DNA of 62,997 bases, filler included, from Conidiobolus incongruus B7586 (taxonomy: Eukaryota), in the NCBI GenBank assembly GCA_000697335.1. It is 3 parts of 3 records of this genome, joined end to end, with 100 filler letters (N's around TTAATTAATTAA, not from the genome) between each part and the next. Parts side by side here need not be neighbours in the genome. Positions count along the whole stretch, not along the records: positions 1 to 24,165 come from JNEM01006062.1; 2 more parts are not named here. One strand, given 5' to 3'. The position numbers and the translations under genes are program-made. Shown one piece after another: positions 1 through 12,074 of this stretch; within the stretch, counting starts at the first letter, position 1; the number at the start of each line of letters is the position of its first letter. Under the pieces are notes generated by a model. It searched no databases. It worked only from the letters and a program-made list of their open reading frames with translations, and had not been told where the DNA came from.

Positions 1-1
1 A

Positions 2-1231
2 TTGATAGCTTCTGTGATAGAATTCCTTTTTAAAGAACTCGTTTAATGAAGGGTTATCAGTGTAGATTTCATTTTTTGGCAATGGAGCTCGTAAAATTAA
101 ATGGGTCAAATTTCTAGCATGGCTCGCAATCAATTTCATTACAAAAGAATAATGGCTATTCAAAGTCAAATCAACACATTGAACATTTGACATATGTTTG
201 ATTAGGTTAACCATAAATTCTGGTCTTTCTTCATTAGTATAATTCAGTATCAAGGAATTCTTTTCAATAGGTTCTTGGTTTTGGAAACCGACTATTTCTG
301 GAAATCTCTTGATTTGCTGGTGAGATACAGTTTTCACTGCAACTGATTTTGCATTTAAACTGTGTTCAGCTATAGTTTTTATAAAAACATGGGGAATGTT
401 AGATCCGTTCAAAGCGATATTTGTTAACTGAGGGTTGTTTTGAATGATATCAATAAATTCTTGACTAAGATTAGGATAATGGTGATTATTAATGCAGAAT
501 TTAACTAACGAAGGATAATGGGTATAAAATGGTTTAAGTAAAGACAATTCAGAATTTTCGAAAATTAGCTCTTTAACATTTTTATGCGACGTCAACAAAG
601 GATGAGCTGAATTCTCAAAATGCGGTTCTAAAAAACAATAAGTTTTATCACCATAATTGTTACATTCTAGTTTTTTATACAGTACATTTTCAAATTTTAT
701 CACTTTTAAGCTATCAGGTAAAGTACAGAAATCTAATTGAATATCTTCAGAATCAAACAATTTAATTTGAATTAAACTTAACTTCTGAAGATATTTTAAT
801 GAGTTAAGATAATTCATTAAGCTAATCCCAGTAACGGTACATTCAGTCAAAGTAAATTCGGTTATGTTAGTCAAAGGGGATATGATTTTTTGTACTAATA
901 GATGATCTAGCCCAAAGTCAGTTCTAAAAGATCTGGCAAGATGGCCATATTTTTGAGCAACTTCAATAAATTCGTTGATAAAGTTCGTAAACCTGGGATC
1001 ATCAGGCAACTGATGAGAATGTTTTATATGATATCCTTTAGACCAAAGACTTAGTAGGAAATGGGCAAATCGATTATCAAGTGATAGACGATTCCATTCT
1101 TTACCAGTCAAACTCACATTCCATAAGTCTGCAATTTTCAAATAATCAAAAATTCTTTGTAATATATCACCTTGCAATATTTGGATTATCTGATTAGAAT
1201 CTTGAAATAAAATTTCATTGCTAACTTTCAT
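2..1231 (-). CDS. F-box protein with probable LRR (RNI-like) C-terminus; runs off the window edge
   Basis: ATG at 1231 gives MKVSNEILFQDSNQIIQILQGDILQRIFDYLKIADLWNVSLTGKEWNRL, an F-box pattern (L..I...IF.YL...DL..VSL..K.W). The same frame is open at the window edge; I checked both ends, not every codon. Missing from the ORF track, consistent with no stop inside the window. Confidence 0.75.
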   Translation of the reverse strand, partial: MKVSNEILFQDSNQIIQILQGDILQRIFDYLKIADLWNVSLTGKEWNRLSLDNRFAHFLLSLWSKGYHIKHSHQLPDDPRFTNFINEFIEVAQKYGHLARSFRTDFGLDHLLVQKIISPLTNITEFTLTECTVTGISLMNYLNSLKYLQKLSLIQIKLFDSEDIQLDFCTLPDSLKVIKFENVLYKKLECNNYGDKTYCFLEPHFENSAHPLLTSHKNVKELIFENSELSLLKPFYTHYPSLVKFCINNHHYPNLSQEFIDIIQNNPQLTNIALNGSNIPHVFIKTIAEHSLNAKSVAVKTVSHQQIKRFPEIVGFQNQEPIEKNSLILNYTNEERPEFMVNLIKHMSNVQCVDLTLNSHYSFVMKLIASHARNLTHLILRAPLPKNEIYTDNPSLNEFFKKEFYHRSYQ

Positions 1232-3315
1232 TATATTAAATGTTAAATCAAACTCAAGAGTAAATTATTTTATTTCATTACGCGAAAAAAGCATAGTATT
1301 TATACCTGAAAAACAAAATTTTCTCATATAATTAGAAAAAAATATTTAAATATATCTTATTGGTCGATGAATTTAACAAATTGTAAATTCAAGTATTTTC
1401 AAGTGTCAAAATATTGAAATAGAAATAAATTGCTGACTAACCAATCATATTTCTTATTAATTAATCATATTACTAATTTATTTTTTACAATTTATAATAT
1501 TTTCAATTTATAATTGGCATATTAATAATATATCATCAACTCTAAATATCAAATATGATACCAATTCTTATTATCATATTAGATATCGGAGTAACCTATA
1601 CTGATTGAAATTTTAATTTTAAAATCTATTTTAAAAATATATATATTATTGAAGCATTCAAATATTCAAATAACTAGACATCATGTTTAATCAAATTACA
1701 CTAGGAATTATATTGATGATATTAACATTCATAATCAGAGATAATATAACAATCGAGATTAATAATTTCTTGTTCCAATTTTAATTTGAAATTAACATAG
1801 TATTTTGAATGATCAAAATTTCTCATTATTATATATTTATATTAGATTTTTTTCTGGGAAAATAATGAATATTTGATGATATCATTTATAATATAGTTTT
1901 ATTATGTATTTATTAAAAAAAATTTAAAAATCTCCAATTTTAAATTTATAAGAGAAAATTAGAAAATGATAAAATAATTTTTTACTTAAAAAGGAATACT
2001 ATATAGAAGGAGAGTTCAAATAAATTTATAAATGATAATTCATAAAAAAACAAATATAATACAATTAATCCATATAAAATAACTGACTTCAATTTCAAAT
2101 TATCTTAGATATAAATAATAACTATATAGAAGTGAATACCATATTAAATATAGAAAATATGTAAAGTTAACTTTATTTAAAGGGTTGAGAATTAATTTTT
2201 TTATATAATGTTGACTATTAATTAGAAAATATATCTAAATAATAACTTTAATTAAATTCTCAAATCTAATTTGTAAAATTTTAAAAAAATTTAGTCATAA
2301 TATTTTTCATTTAAAATATTTTTAATTAGTATTTTAAATTTGATATATTTTTTGTCGTTTGATAAATAATTTATTTATCTAATCCTTTTTTAAATGGAAT
2401 ACTTGAAATAATTTGTGGATAATATTTTTCGAAAGTCTTTAATCATTGTTCATTTGATTAGCTTTCTTGAAATATATAGATTAAAAAATTCTAACATAAA
2501 TCCTTACAATGTTATAATGTTTAAAAGAATATTTCGTAATTAGTTGAAATAATAAATTACTTCAATATTATCTTAACTATTCAAATGAAAAATATATTTG
2601 AAAGTTAATTGAATTTTGATTACATCATCAAAATTCGAAATTTAGTTTGAAATTTGCCCAGTTTGGATAACTCAATTCAATTTTTCGAAAGTGATTAATT
2701 GATATATTGTATAGTTTAAATCCAATTACAGTACATATATCCCCACAATATACTTCAATGAAATTGAATTGAACAAAATAGTAATTTTTAACAACTTTGG
2801 ATCAGATATTTTATAAAGTTTTTAAAGGATTTTTTAAGTTGTTGATTCAAATAGTTCAGCCCTTATTGAAGGATTAACACCATATTTAATGTGGATATTG
2901 TATTTGAATTTTATCATCATCCAAATCAAAACTATTTTACTCAATAAAATCAGTTAATTAAAAATCCTCAAATAAAGAAACAATTCTTAAGCTATGTCCA
3001 ACAATTTCTAAGTTGGGCTAAAATGCATTATATTTATATTATATATAAATGAATAGGTTGCTAATATTAGATATAGTTTGATGAATGATGTGTAAATATT
3101 GAGAGTGATTTAAGTGATCTTGTAAATTTGCGCATTAGTTTAAAAATATCGTATCCAATCATATGAAATCATTCTAATGAATTTGTAACAATTAATCAGG
3201 AAAAACCCTTTTCAAATGAGATATAAAATGATTTACGTCACCAATTAATTCAAATAATTTAAATTTTTAAGGTAAACTTAATTTGAATATTTTGAATTAA
3301 TATCTATTCAACAGC

Positions 3316-4266
3316 ATGAGCGGATACAACGGCAATAACAATAATAACCAACCTCAAGATCGTGGTATTTTCACTGGTATCTACGACAAGCTTACTGGTG
3401 TTTCAACTGAGAGTACCCCATGGACTGGTAACTATGGCAACCAAAACCAAAACCAAGGTGGATATAACCAAGGAGGCTACAATCAACCTCCTTATGGTAA
3501 TCAAGGCGGATACAACCAGCAACCTCCTTATGGTAATCAAGGCGGATACAACCAGCAGCCTCCTTATGGCAACCAAAATCCATACGGCCAAGGAGGTCCT
3601 TTTGCTGGAGGCTGCGTCCCTCCTCCTAACCCAAATGTCGGAGGTAACCAAAGCAATGCGACTGGCTCAGGTCCTCAAAACAACCAATACCCTGTCGTTC
3701 CAAAATCCAACTTTGGAGATGATATCGTAAGATATGGTTCCAAGATTTCTCTCAAACATGTTCCTTCTGGTAGATTCTTGTCATCTGATAATGTTACTTA
3801 CCAAGGCGGTTCTGGCCAACAACAGATTACTTGTAACCAATGGAATGCTGGAGAAAACGAACACTGGCAAGTCCTTCCTCCTGTTCAACCTACACAAGCT
3901 CCCGGTACTGTCGTTGAATTTAACAGTGTCATCAGATTGAAGCATATCAGAACTGCCAAACACCTCCACTCTCACTCAAATATTGGCTCTCCTCTCTCTG
4001 GACTCCAAGAAGTTTCTGGCTTTGGTAATGACACCACTGGTGACGATAACGATTTGTGGGTCATTGAAAAGTTCGATTACAACGGTCAAAAGCCTGGTGG
4101 CCAATGGAACTGCAACGACGCTATTGCTTTGAGACATTTGAGAACCAACCAATACTTATTCAGTCACGAACGTAACTATCAAGTATGTGGTCAGACTCAA
4201 AATGAAGTTGCTTGCTCTGGAAGTGGTAGGGATGAGAATAACAAGTGGAACGTTCAATACCATTAG
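3316..4266 (+). CDS. MIR-domain (SDF2-like beta-trefoil) protein with N-terminal G/Y/N/Q/P repeat region
   Basis: Intronless 316 aa ORF. C-terminal MIR motifs YGSKISLKHVPSGRFL, IRLKHIRTAKHLHSH, QEVSGFG...GDDNDLW, IALRHLRTNQYL. No hydrophobic signal peptide. Confidence 0.85.
   Translation: MSGYNGNNNNNQPQDRGIFTGIYDKLTGVSTESTPWTGNYGNQNQNQGGYNQGGYNQPPYGNQGGYNQQPPYGNQGGYNQQPPYGNQNPYGQGGPFAGGCVPPPNPNVGGNQSNATGSGPQNNQYPVVPKSNFGDDIVRYGSKISLKHVPSGRFLSSDNVTYQGGSGQQQITCNQWNAGENEHWQVLPPVQPTQAPGTVVEFNSVIRLKHIRTAKHLHSHSNIGSPLSGLQEVSGFGNDTTGDDNDLWVIEKFDYNGQKPGGQWNCNDAIALRHLRTNQYLFSHERNYQVCGQTQNEVACSGSGRDENNKWNVQYH
3457..3576 (+). repeat. Coding tandem repeat, ~36-nt unit encoding GGYNQ(Q)PPYGNQ, about 3 copies
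   Basis: Near-identical units such as CAAGGCGGATACAACCAGCAACCTCCTTATGGTAAT read directly from the sequence. Confidence 0.9.
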
Positions 4267-4775
4267 TGAAATTCATTATGTATTTCATCCATGTCATAAA
4301 TATGTATACATTTATTATATAGGTTACATTTTTCATTTTAACATATAATGTCTTTTATTTCATTCCAATTAATTTACAGCACATCTTACCTAGGTTGATT
4401 TTGTATTTGTATTTGCATTCGAAAGTTATTATAGTTTTAACAGCTTATATTTTTTATTAATTAATATTAGTATAAACTTGAGTCACACTAATAGGTCATT
4501 AATTAATAAATTAAGCTTTAGATTAACTTCAACCCAGCCCAAACTTCTCTATGCAATCATTAAAATATAATGACTACCAAATTACTTATTTATTGTCTTT
4601 CAAAATTTTTGTCATCGCAAACCAATTTAATATACTCTTCAAATCATTTGATCATTTTTCATTCAAAATTTTATAAATTTCAAAACCTATTTTTACTTAT
4701 TAAATGCTCTGGTTTTTTTCCCAAGATTATAAATACTGAAAAGTTATAAAAATTACTTTCAATAATTCTCTATTA

Positions 4776-5980
4776 ATGGACAACGCTTCTACAAACTCTC
4801 AAATTGAAAATTCTACCAAAGAAAAGTTAATGAAAATAAAAGTCACTTTGAAAGACTTAATGACTCATAATGGAATATTTGGGCTCTTATTAGATAGAGA
4901 TCAAGTTAGGTGTATTGGAGCGAACAAGCAAGTCATTGCTAGATTTTATTGGGAAGAGATTTATAGTCTTCCCAGAAAAAAGCCAAGGAAGAACAATGTA
5001 ATCGAATCGGATATTGAGGAAAATGTTGAAGATACTGAAATTTGGCAAACTCATAAATTGTGTGTTTCATCTATCAGTCCTTTAAACCTTTCAACTAAAA
5101 CTAGAGTTAATATACGACCTATTTCTAACTCAAGAGTTTCAACCCCAGATTCTGCTCTTAGTACTGATACTAGCTCTTCAACTATAGCATCAAACTCGGC
5201 AAAAGACTCAAGAAAATCTATGAGCTCCAATACTAGTACTCCTATATTTCAGAATACTAAAGAGAAGCAATTGAAAAGATTTTGTAATCCGACCGATCCA
5301 CCTAATGTACAAGGTATTTAAATAACAAATATTGCAATTTTACTATTGTAATTATATTAGAAATAGAGAGTGAAACTTCAGTAAAATTAAGTATTAGTCC
5401 TATAATCATTTCTAGTGATACAAATTCTACTGAAAGCAGTTATAGAGATGATTACAAGGATCACGAAGATTTTTTGAATTTAAAAGGTTTATCTCGACCT
5501 GAAAGAAGAGAAGTAATGTTAAAAAATCTTATCTCTACTTTAGCTAAAGCCTATCGAATGAAAAATGAAGTTAAATGTAAAATAAGTGATATCTCTTGGT
5601 CCTCCATTAATGAAGCTGTCCAACTGTACTCTAATATGTTTCATAATTGGTTTCAGAAATTTTGGAAAGATCAAAAACCAGATAATTATGGCAACTTTTT
5701 ATTGCTATTGTATAAAATTGGCGAATTTCAAGTTAAGAACAATTGCTCAAAATTGCTAGATGAATATCTCAAAAATTTCGAAAAATCATCAGTTTATACT
5801 AGATATCGTAAATTTTCACGATTCGTATATCTTATCTGGGAGCCATTAAATGAGCAATTACTATTGAATGTGGCATATTTTAGTCCTTATTGGTTTGATG
5901 AACTTAATCATGGGAGCGTTAAAACATGGAAAAAGGAATTGTACAAGAAAATTGGCATAAGAATGGAAGATAGTATCTGA
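4776..5980 (+). CDS. Hypothetical protein, two exons (4776-5313, 5361-5980)
   Basis: A 47-nt GT-AG intron at 5314-5360 joins the two track ORFs in frame (NVQ-E-IESETS...EDFLNLKG). Ser/Thr-rich middle; no recognisable domain. Confidence 0.65.
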
Positions 5981-6056
5981 AATCATCACATAATGTATAT
6001 ATCAACAATAAAGTATCATCATTTATTCAAAGAATCAACTGAATTGTTTATAATAT

Positions 6057-6850
6057 TCAAAAATCATTAAAAATAAAATCTTTTAATTCGCTATAAGCTA
6101 CTTCAAGATCATTATTTACAATAATTCTATCATGATTACCAGGAATTTGAGCAAAAGCCAATTCAGACTTAGCAGCTTCTAATCTCTTTCGTAAACTATC
6201 TTCGGTTTCAGTGTTGCGTCCTCTAAGTCTCCTTTCAAGTTCTTCAACTGACGGAGGAGCAATGAATACAAACTTTGCATTTAAATCAGTCTTTTTAACT
6301 GAAATCACACCTTGCTATCAAAATTCGAATTGGTGAATATTTAGCTTTAAATAAAATTTAAATTACCATATCAATATCTAAAATACAGATTTTGCCAGCA
6401 TCTCTGACTTTACGAACAGCTTCAATTGATGTACCTGTTTGAAGGTTGAAATATAATCTAAAAGAAGTAAGAGTTTTGAATATTTACCGTACATATTTCC
6501 AGAAAATTCGGCCCATTCGATAAATTTGCCTTCATCAATTTCTTTTTTCATTTGTTTTCTAGTAACAAAATTGTAGCTAATACCATTTTCTTCACCAGAA
6601 CGAGGTTGACGAGTGGTATCTAAACACGTATATTAAAATATTGTGAAGTCTTAAGATAAATTATTTGATTTACGAGAAACACTGAAACCGAATTTATTAG
6701 GGAATTCTTCAAATAATTTTTTTAAAAGAGTACTTTTACCGGTACCAGACGGTCCAGAAATAATAATAGGTCCTAAATAATTTATATAAGTATATTTCAT
6801 ATTTTTATATTAGTGATGATATTACTTAAAATATTGGTAATTGGGGACAT
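6057..6850 (-). CDS. GUK1: Guanylate kinase (multi-exon)
   Basis: Spliced exons give [15 protein letters not shown] (P-loop), [41 protein letters not shown]. Confidence 0.95.
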
Positions 6851-6985
6851 AGTGAATATTATGATGTGTTATTCCGTTGAAATGGGCTTAAACGCGATTC
6901 AAATCCATTTATATAAATTATGGGTTGATTCCTCATTTAATTTTTTTTAAATAATTTTTAATTTTATTTTTTACTATTAATCAAC

Positions 6986-7517
6986 ATGCAAGAAAATCAA
7001 ATCAATCCAGCACCTCCAATTCAATCAAAATTAGAAACAAATAGCAATATTGATAGCTCTAGAGTATCTGGTAATTATTTTATTTACTATTTTAACTTAG
7101 AATTTCATTAAACCAAATTTAGGTAAGTTCTGGAAAGCTTCAAGAGTACCCTTTCACAGAACTTCCAAATCAACTGTATTAAAAAAGAATTGGAAGCAAA
7201 GAACTGCTGAAAGATTGAAGGCCCAAGTTATTAAACAGACCGAAAAAGAACTTAAGGAAGCTAAACAAAGGGCTAAAGAGGTAATTTATATTCAATTCAA
7301 ATTGAATTTTTGATTAACGAAAAAAAGGAAAAAATGCAAGCTATTTTAGAAAAGAGAAGATATAAAGAAGAAAAATTAAGGCAACAAGAACTTGAAGCTA
7401 CTGTAAATATTTTTCAATCACTATTTTTCAAATTTACTAATATTTAACCTATTTTAGTTATCCGCAAAGAAATTAGCTAGGATGAAGCGTAAAGCTGCCA
7501 AGAAAGGAGCTAAATAA
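6986..7517 (+). CDS. CGR1: rRNA-processing coiled-coil protein Cgr1 (4 exons; absent from ORF track)
   Basis: Spliced MQENQ...SRVSGKFWKASRVPFHR...KKNWKQRTAERLKAQVIKQTEKELKEAK...LSAKKLARMKRK matches the Cgr1 pattern. Divergent from GUK1 across 135 bp. Confidence 0.8.
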
Positions 7518-7957
7518 TTATTTTATTATCAGAAGTTACCAGATAGATAAACAACAATATATAGATCATCATATCATAAAATCAATATAAATTTTTTCAA
7601 AAATTTCATTATCATTGATATAATATTATTTGAATCATCATTATTATATTTAATATCATTTATGAGTTAATTTTCAGATATTTTTGTAATTCTTTTCTAA
7701 TGAATTGTTTGAATAATATATAGTGCACAGCAGAACAAATGAAATTCGAATCTTATTTTTTCTTTCATTTGTATAAATTTTCAAGATATACTTTGATCAA
7801 AAATATATTAATACCAATTTTTAATAGAGAAATCAATAATTTTTTTGATTAACAATTATTTAATTAAAAGATCTAGAAGTATTTTCATTTCAAAGTCAAA
7901 ATCATTTAATGATAATAATCAAGATAATATTTTTATTGATTGAATAATAAAATAAAA

Positions 7958-9264
7958 TTAAGAAGGTTGATAAAAAGAAGGATCCATATTGAAGAATTTG
8001 CAAGCATTTTCACTCAACATCTTGGCTTTATCTTCATCTGATAACTCATCATCCTCTTCAATCATCTTACCTGGGTGATGTTCACCCAATGGGAAAGGAT
8101 AATCGCTGCCTAACATAATGCGATCCACGCCAATTTTCTTAATCATGAATTTCAAAGTATCAATATCGTGGACTAATGAATCAACGTACAAGTTTTTAAG
8201 ATAGGATCTATTAATATATATGAATTAGGATATTGTTTAAAAATCATCAAATGTAGTGTGGCTTACGAAGGTTTGTTTTTGATGACAGTAGCACAAAGGT
8301 CAGGACGTACTGCCCATCCATGATCAATTCTGCCTAACGTACCCAAAAAGGAACCACCACCGTGAGCAATACAAATCTTAAGTTTAGGGTGACGGTCGAA
8401 AACACCTCCAAAAATTAATGAACAAATTGCCATTGTACTTTCACATGGCTAAAATACAAATAATTAATACAGCAATATTAAACTATTATGATTTTTGTTA
8501 CCATTCCAATTAACCATGGGAACCAAAATTTCTCCATTCTTTTCATATCCATATCCCAAGGATGAACAAAAATAGCGGCACCCAATTCTTCAGCACAAGC
8601 GAAAATGGGATCTAATTCTGGGGCATCCAAGTTCCATTCATTGACATGAGAACCAATTTGAACACCAGCTAAACCTAATTCATTAACACAACGCTTCAAC
8701 TCTTGGACTGCGAGTTCAGGGCTTTGCATAGGAAGTGTTCCCAAGCCTATTATAAAAGTCAGCCAAAGCTATTTTAAATTCAAAATAAAAACAGTACCAA
8801 CAAATCGTTTGGGGTCTTCAGCGACAGTTTGGGCGATATGATCATTTAAATATCTGGCCAAGTCCAAAGTGTCTAAAGGCTTAGCCCAGTAACTGAACAT
8901 AACAGGAACAGTAGACAAAATCTAATATTATTGTAAATATCAAATTTTAATACTTGGTTTTGATTAAATTTACTTGAACATCCACACCAGTATTATCACA
9001 TTCCAACTTTCTTTGTTGGGCAGACCAGCAATTACATTCGATAGTTCTGAAGTTTTTACCATCTTTCATCATTTTGGCTTTACCCTAACACTTTTATTAG
9101 TTTAATATGATAATTAAATTTGTATTAATTACGGGTTCAAAATGGTCTAAACTGATCCAACTACCATAACCATACTTCTTCTTCAAATCGGGCCACTGTT
9201 TTGGCAAGATATGAGTATGGGTATCAATTTTTAAAAACCTTTTATTACTACTAGGTTGTGACAT
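7958..9264 (-). CDS. ACMSD: 2-amino-3-carboxymuconate-6-semialdehyde decarboxylase (amidohydrolase 2 family), multi-exon
   Basis: N-terminus KIDTHTHILPKQWPDLKKKYGYGSWI, plus STVPVMFSYWAKP, FVHPWDM, AHGGG and GSDYPFPLGE, all characteristic ACMSD motifs. Confidence 0.92.
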
Positions 9265-10267
9265 ATTAAACAAACTACAAGGAATTTAAAAAACAGTTGA
9301 CAAAAATTCTTTCAGGATAATTTAAAATTCATTTAATTAATGTATGTATAATTTATTTCCATTTTAATTTTAATGATTTTTTACCAATAACTGACCATTT
9401 TTTATGTAATAGTGTTCATTTTTAGCGTGATCTTATATTGATTATCAATCAATAGATTTAGTTATATATTGTTATATTTATATACAGATTAAAATGATTA
9501 TTTCTTAATAACAATATATTTATGGCAATATATTTATTCATATTAAAACTATTAACATAGATTATATAGAATATGTTTAAATGTACTGGTAAATTCAAAT
9601 ATTGAGTAATGTCATTTATTATGAACCAAAAATTATAAAATTAATTAAACAGGGAATAAATAAATTAAAAATTTAAATATTTCGATTTAGAAAATATATT
9701 CAATCTAATATGAGGTAATTTGATAATTTTTCAAAAAAATAAGTGTAGTTCCCAAATCTGATATTTTTTGATAAGTAACTGTATAATTCAAAATATCAAT
9801 TAAGAAAATATTGATAGTTTGAAATTGTTTGAGCATTATATTATTGTTGTTTGATTAATAATATATAATACTCAATCCTCGGTTACAAATTATAAATTAT
9901 ATTTTGAGATAATTTATTTGGGATATGAATAAATTGTGAGACTAATAAATAAAAAATGATTGAGTTATATTGTAATACAATTTTGACTATCACATTGAGG
10001 ATATCAAAATAAAAAATTATTGATTATTGAATGATATTAAACATAATTCCTTAAAATATTAGTTTTAAATATTAGTAAGAGATTACTTTGAATTAATATT
10101 AATTTCAATTTATTGTTCAACTAAATAATATTTATAAGTTGCAAATTAATATATAATGGTGAGGGATTAAATTAAATTCATTCAGAATATCAATATAAAT
10201 AGTTTGTTAAAAAACTCAAATTGAATCAAAATTTGTATAGTTAATGGATTTATTATTGTAAACTTGG

Positions 10268-12074
10268 TTAACTTTCATCTTCATCATCTTCCTCTTCTTC
10301 ATCCTTCAAATGTCCATTAGACTGCCCATTGAGAATGGTTTTCTCTTGCTCACCATCATCTTCGTTGTCTTCATCATTGTCAGCTTCACCATCTTTACCA
10401 GCTTCATCTTGATTCTCTGGCTGGTTGACAGGTTGAAAAAAGTTAAATTGTCTGATAACACGACGACTGGGCTCAGTTCCAGAGCTGGAAGGATATGCAA
10501 ATTGATGCGAACTATTGCCAAAGAAGGCGTAATCGTTTCGCGTGATGGTTCCTTGAAAGCTGGGATCGTAATGGGGAATCTTTTTCATGGTGGTATGGAT
10601 GGCATCAGGAGTGGAGAGATGTTTGGGCTGAATATGGTTCATTAATAAATCTGATGTTGTATTACAGAATTCTTGGGCAATTTCTAATTCATGCTTAGTA
10701 GGGTTGGAAATATTGTGCTTAGCGCGGAATTTTTGCAATAGTTGCAATTTAATCAAGTTCAGTTGGTTTCTTATAATAACATCGTCAATGGGTACAGATG
10801 TTTCAATTCGTAAGAGATCTTCAGGAGGTTGGGATGATTTTGGTATTGGGGGAATATCAGGTAGTTTGAGTTCTTCAGACTTATCACTTTCACCATTCTG
10901 AGTTTCATCTTGCTCAATTTTATCTAAAATAACCTGAATATCAATGCCTTCATAAGCGAATATATCATAGTCGATTTGTTTTGTTGGATATCTGTTGAAA
11001 ATCGCAGCTTCTTCAGCTCCTATTGTTGCTTTTGAAGAATCGTAAGTTGGTGCAAAACTGCAATTATGAGTTAAATTAATCATATCAGGAGCTACTAATC
11101 TTCTAGAACTGCGAGTTTGAAGGGTTTTTGGAAAGATAGTAGCTGGACTAATATGGGACAATGTAGGTGCTTGAGGATTTTCAACATTAGGCAAAACTGA
11201 TGTCAAAAATATATCACCAACTAAATAATATATTAATAACCATAATAGCAACATATAAATGTATGTTATTACCAGTAGTCTCTTCTATATTATTATATGA
11301 TAAACCTGAAAATAAGTAATTCCCATTATTTTCAATGACCATAGCATTTCGAGAATATTTTTGTTTATTGGCTTCTATAAATATAAATTAGTAAAAAATA
11401 TTCAATAAGATTAATAAAATAAAACTACTCTTTTGATATAATTCATCAATCTAAAATTAACAATCATATTAATAAAAAATATTGAATAATTAATGACAGA
11501 ATTACCTGATCAATTTTACGTTTAAGGTTGTCATCAGAAAATTCACTTTTATAAATTTCTAAAATATTCCCTAATTCTAACTCTATCTGTTCGAATATAT
11601 TTAAGTTTTTAACTTTGGAATTATTTGTAAGCTTTAAACTGTTTAATAAAGTTGAAAATATAGTCTATAAAATCGAATATCAATATGAATTCAAATTCAA
11701 ATTATACAAATATATATATTATTTACTTCATAATCTGACAATTTAGTCAAATTGTCAATATTCAATAATTTATTCCAATAGCTTTGTTCTTTATCGTTTA
11801 ATTCAAATCCTAGAATAATTTCTTTGAATTTATATTTTCTATGAAAATTAAAAGATATTAGTATATCGAACAATATTAAATAACATTGAAATTTATTACT
11901 GATTTAGATAATCATTTAAATCTTTAATTAAAGAATTATCAGTTTGTGAATTTACAGGCACTAAATTGAAACGTTATTTTATAATAAATAACCAAATATA
12001 AATGAATTAATACCAGAATTAGTCTCATTATCTGTTTGATTATTATTATTGTGATTAGTATTAGTTATATCCAT
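10268..12074 (-). CDS. Probable chromatin-remodelling subunit (Rsc58-like / BRD7-BRD9 DUF3512-like motif), multi-exon
   Basis: ATG at 12074, several short exons, last exon starting at 11220. Contains SFAPTYDSSKATI, resembling the SFAPxYDS motif of Rsc58/BRD7/BRD9-type proteins; acidic tail. The track start at 11254 lies in an intron. Confidence 0.5.

Noticed and set aside
3457..3576. 36-nt repeats as a CRISPR-like array
   Set aside because: Contiguous in-frame coding repeats with no spacers, in a eukaryotic gene.
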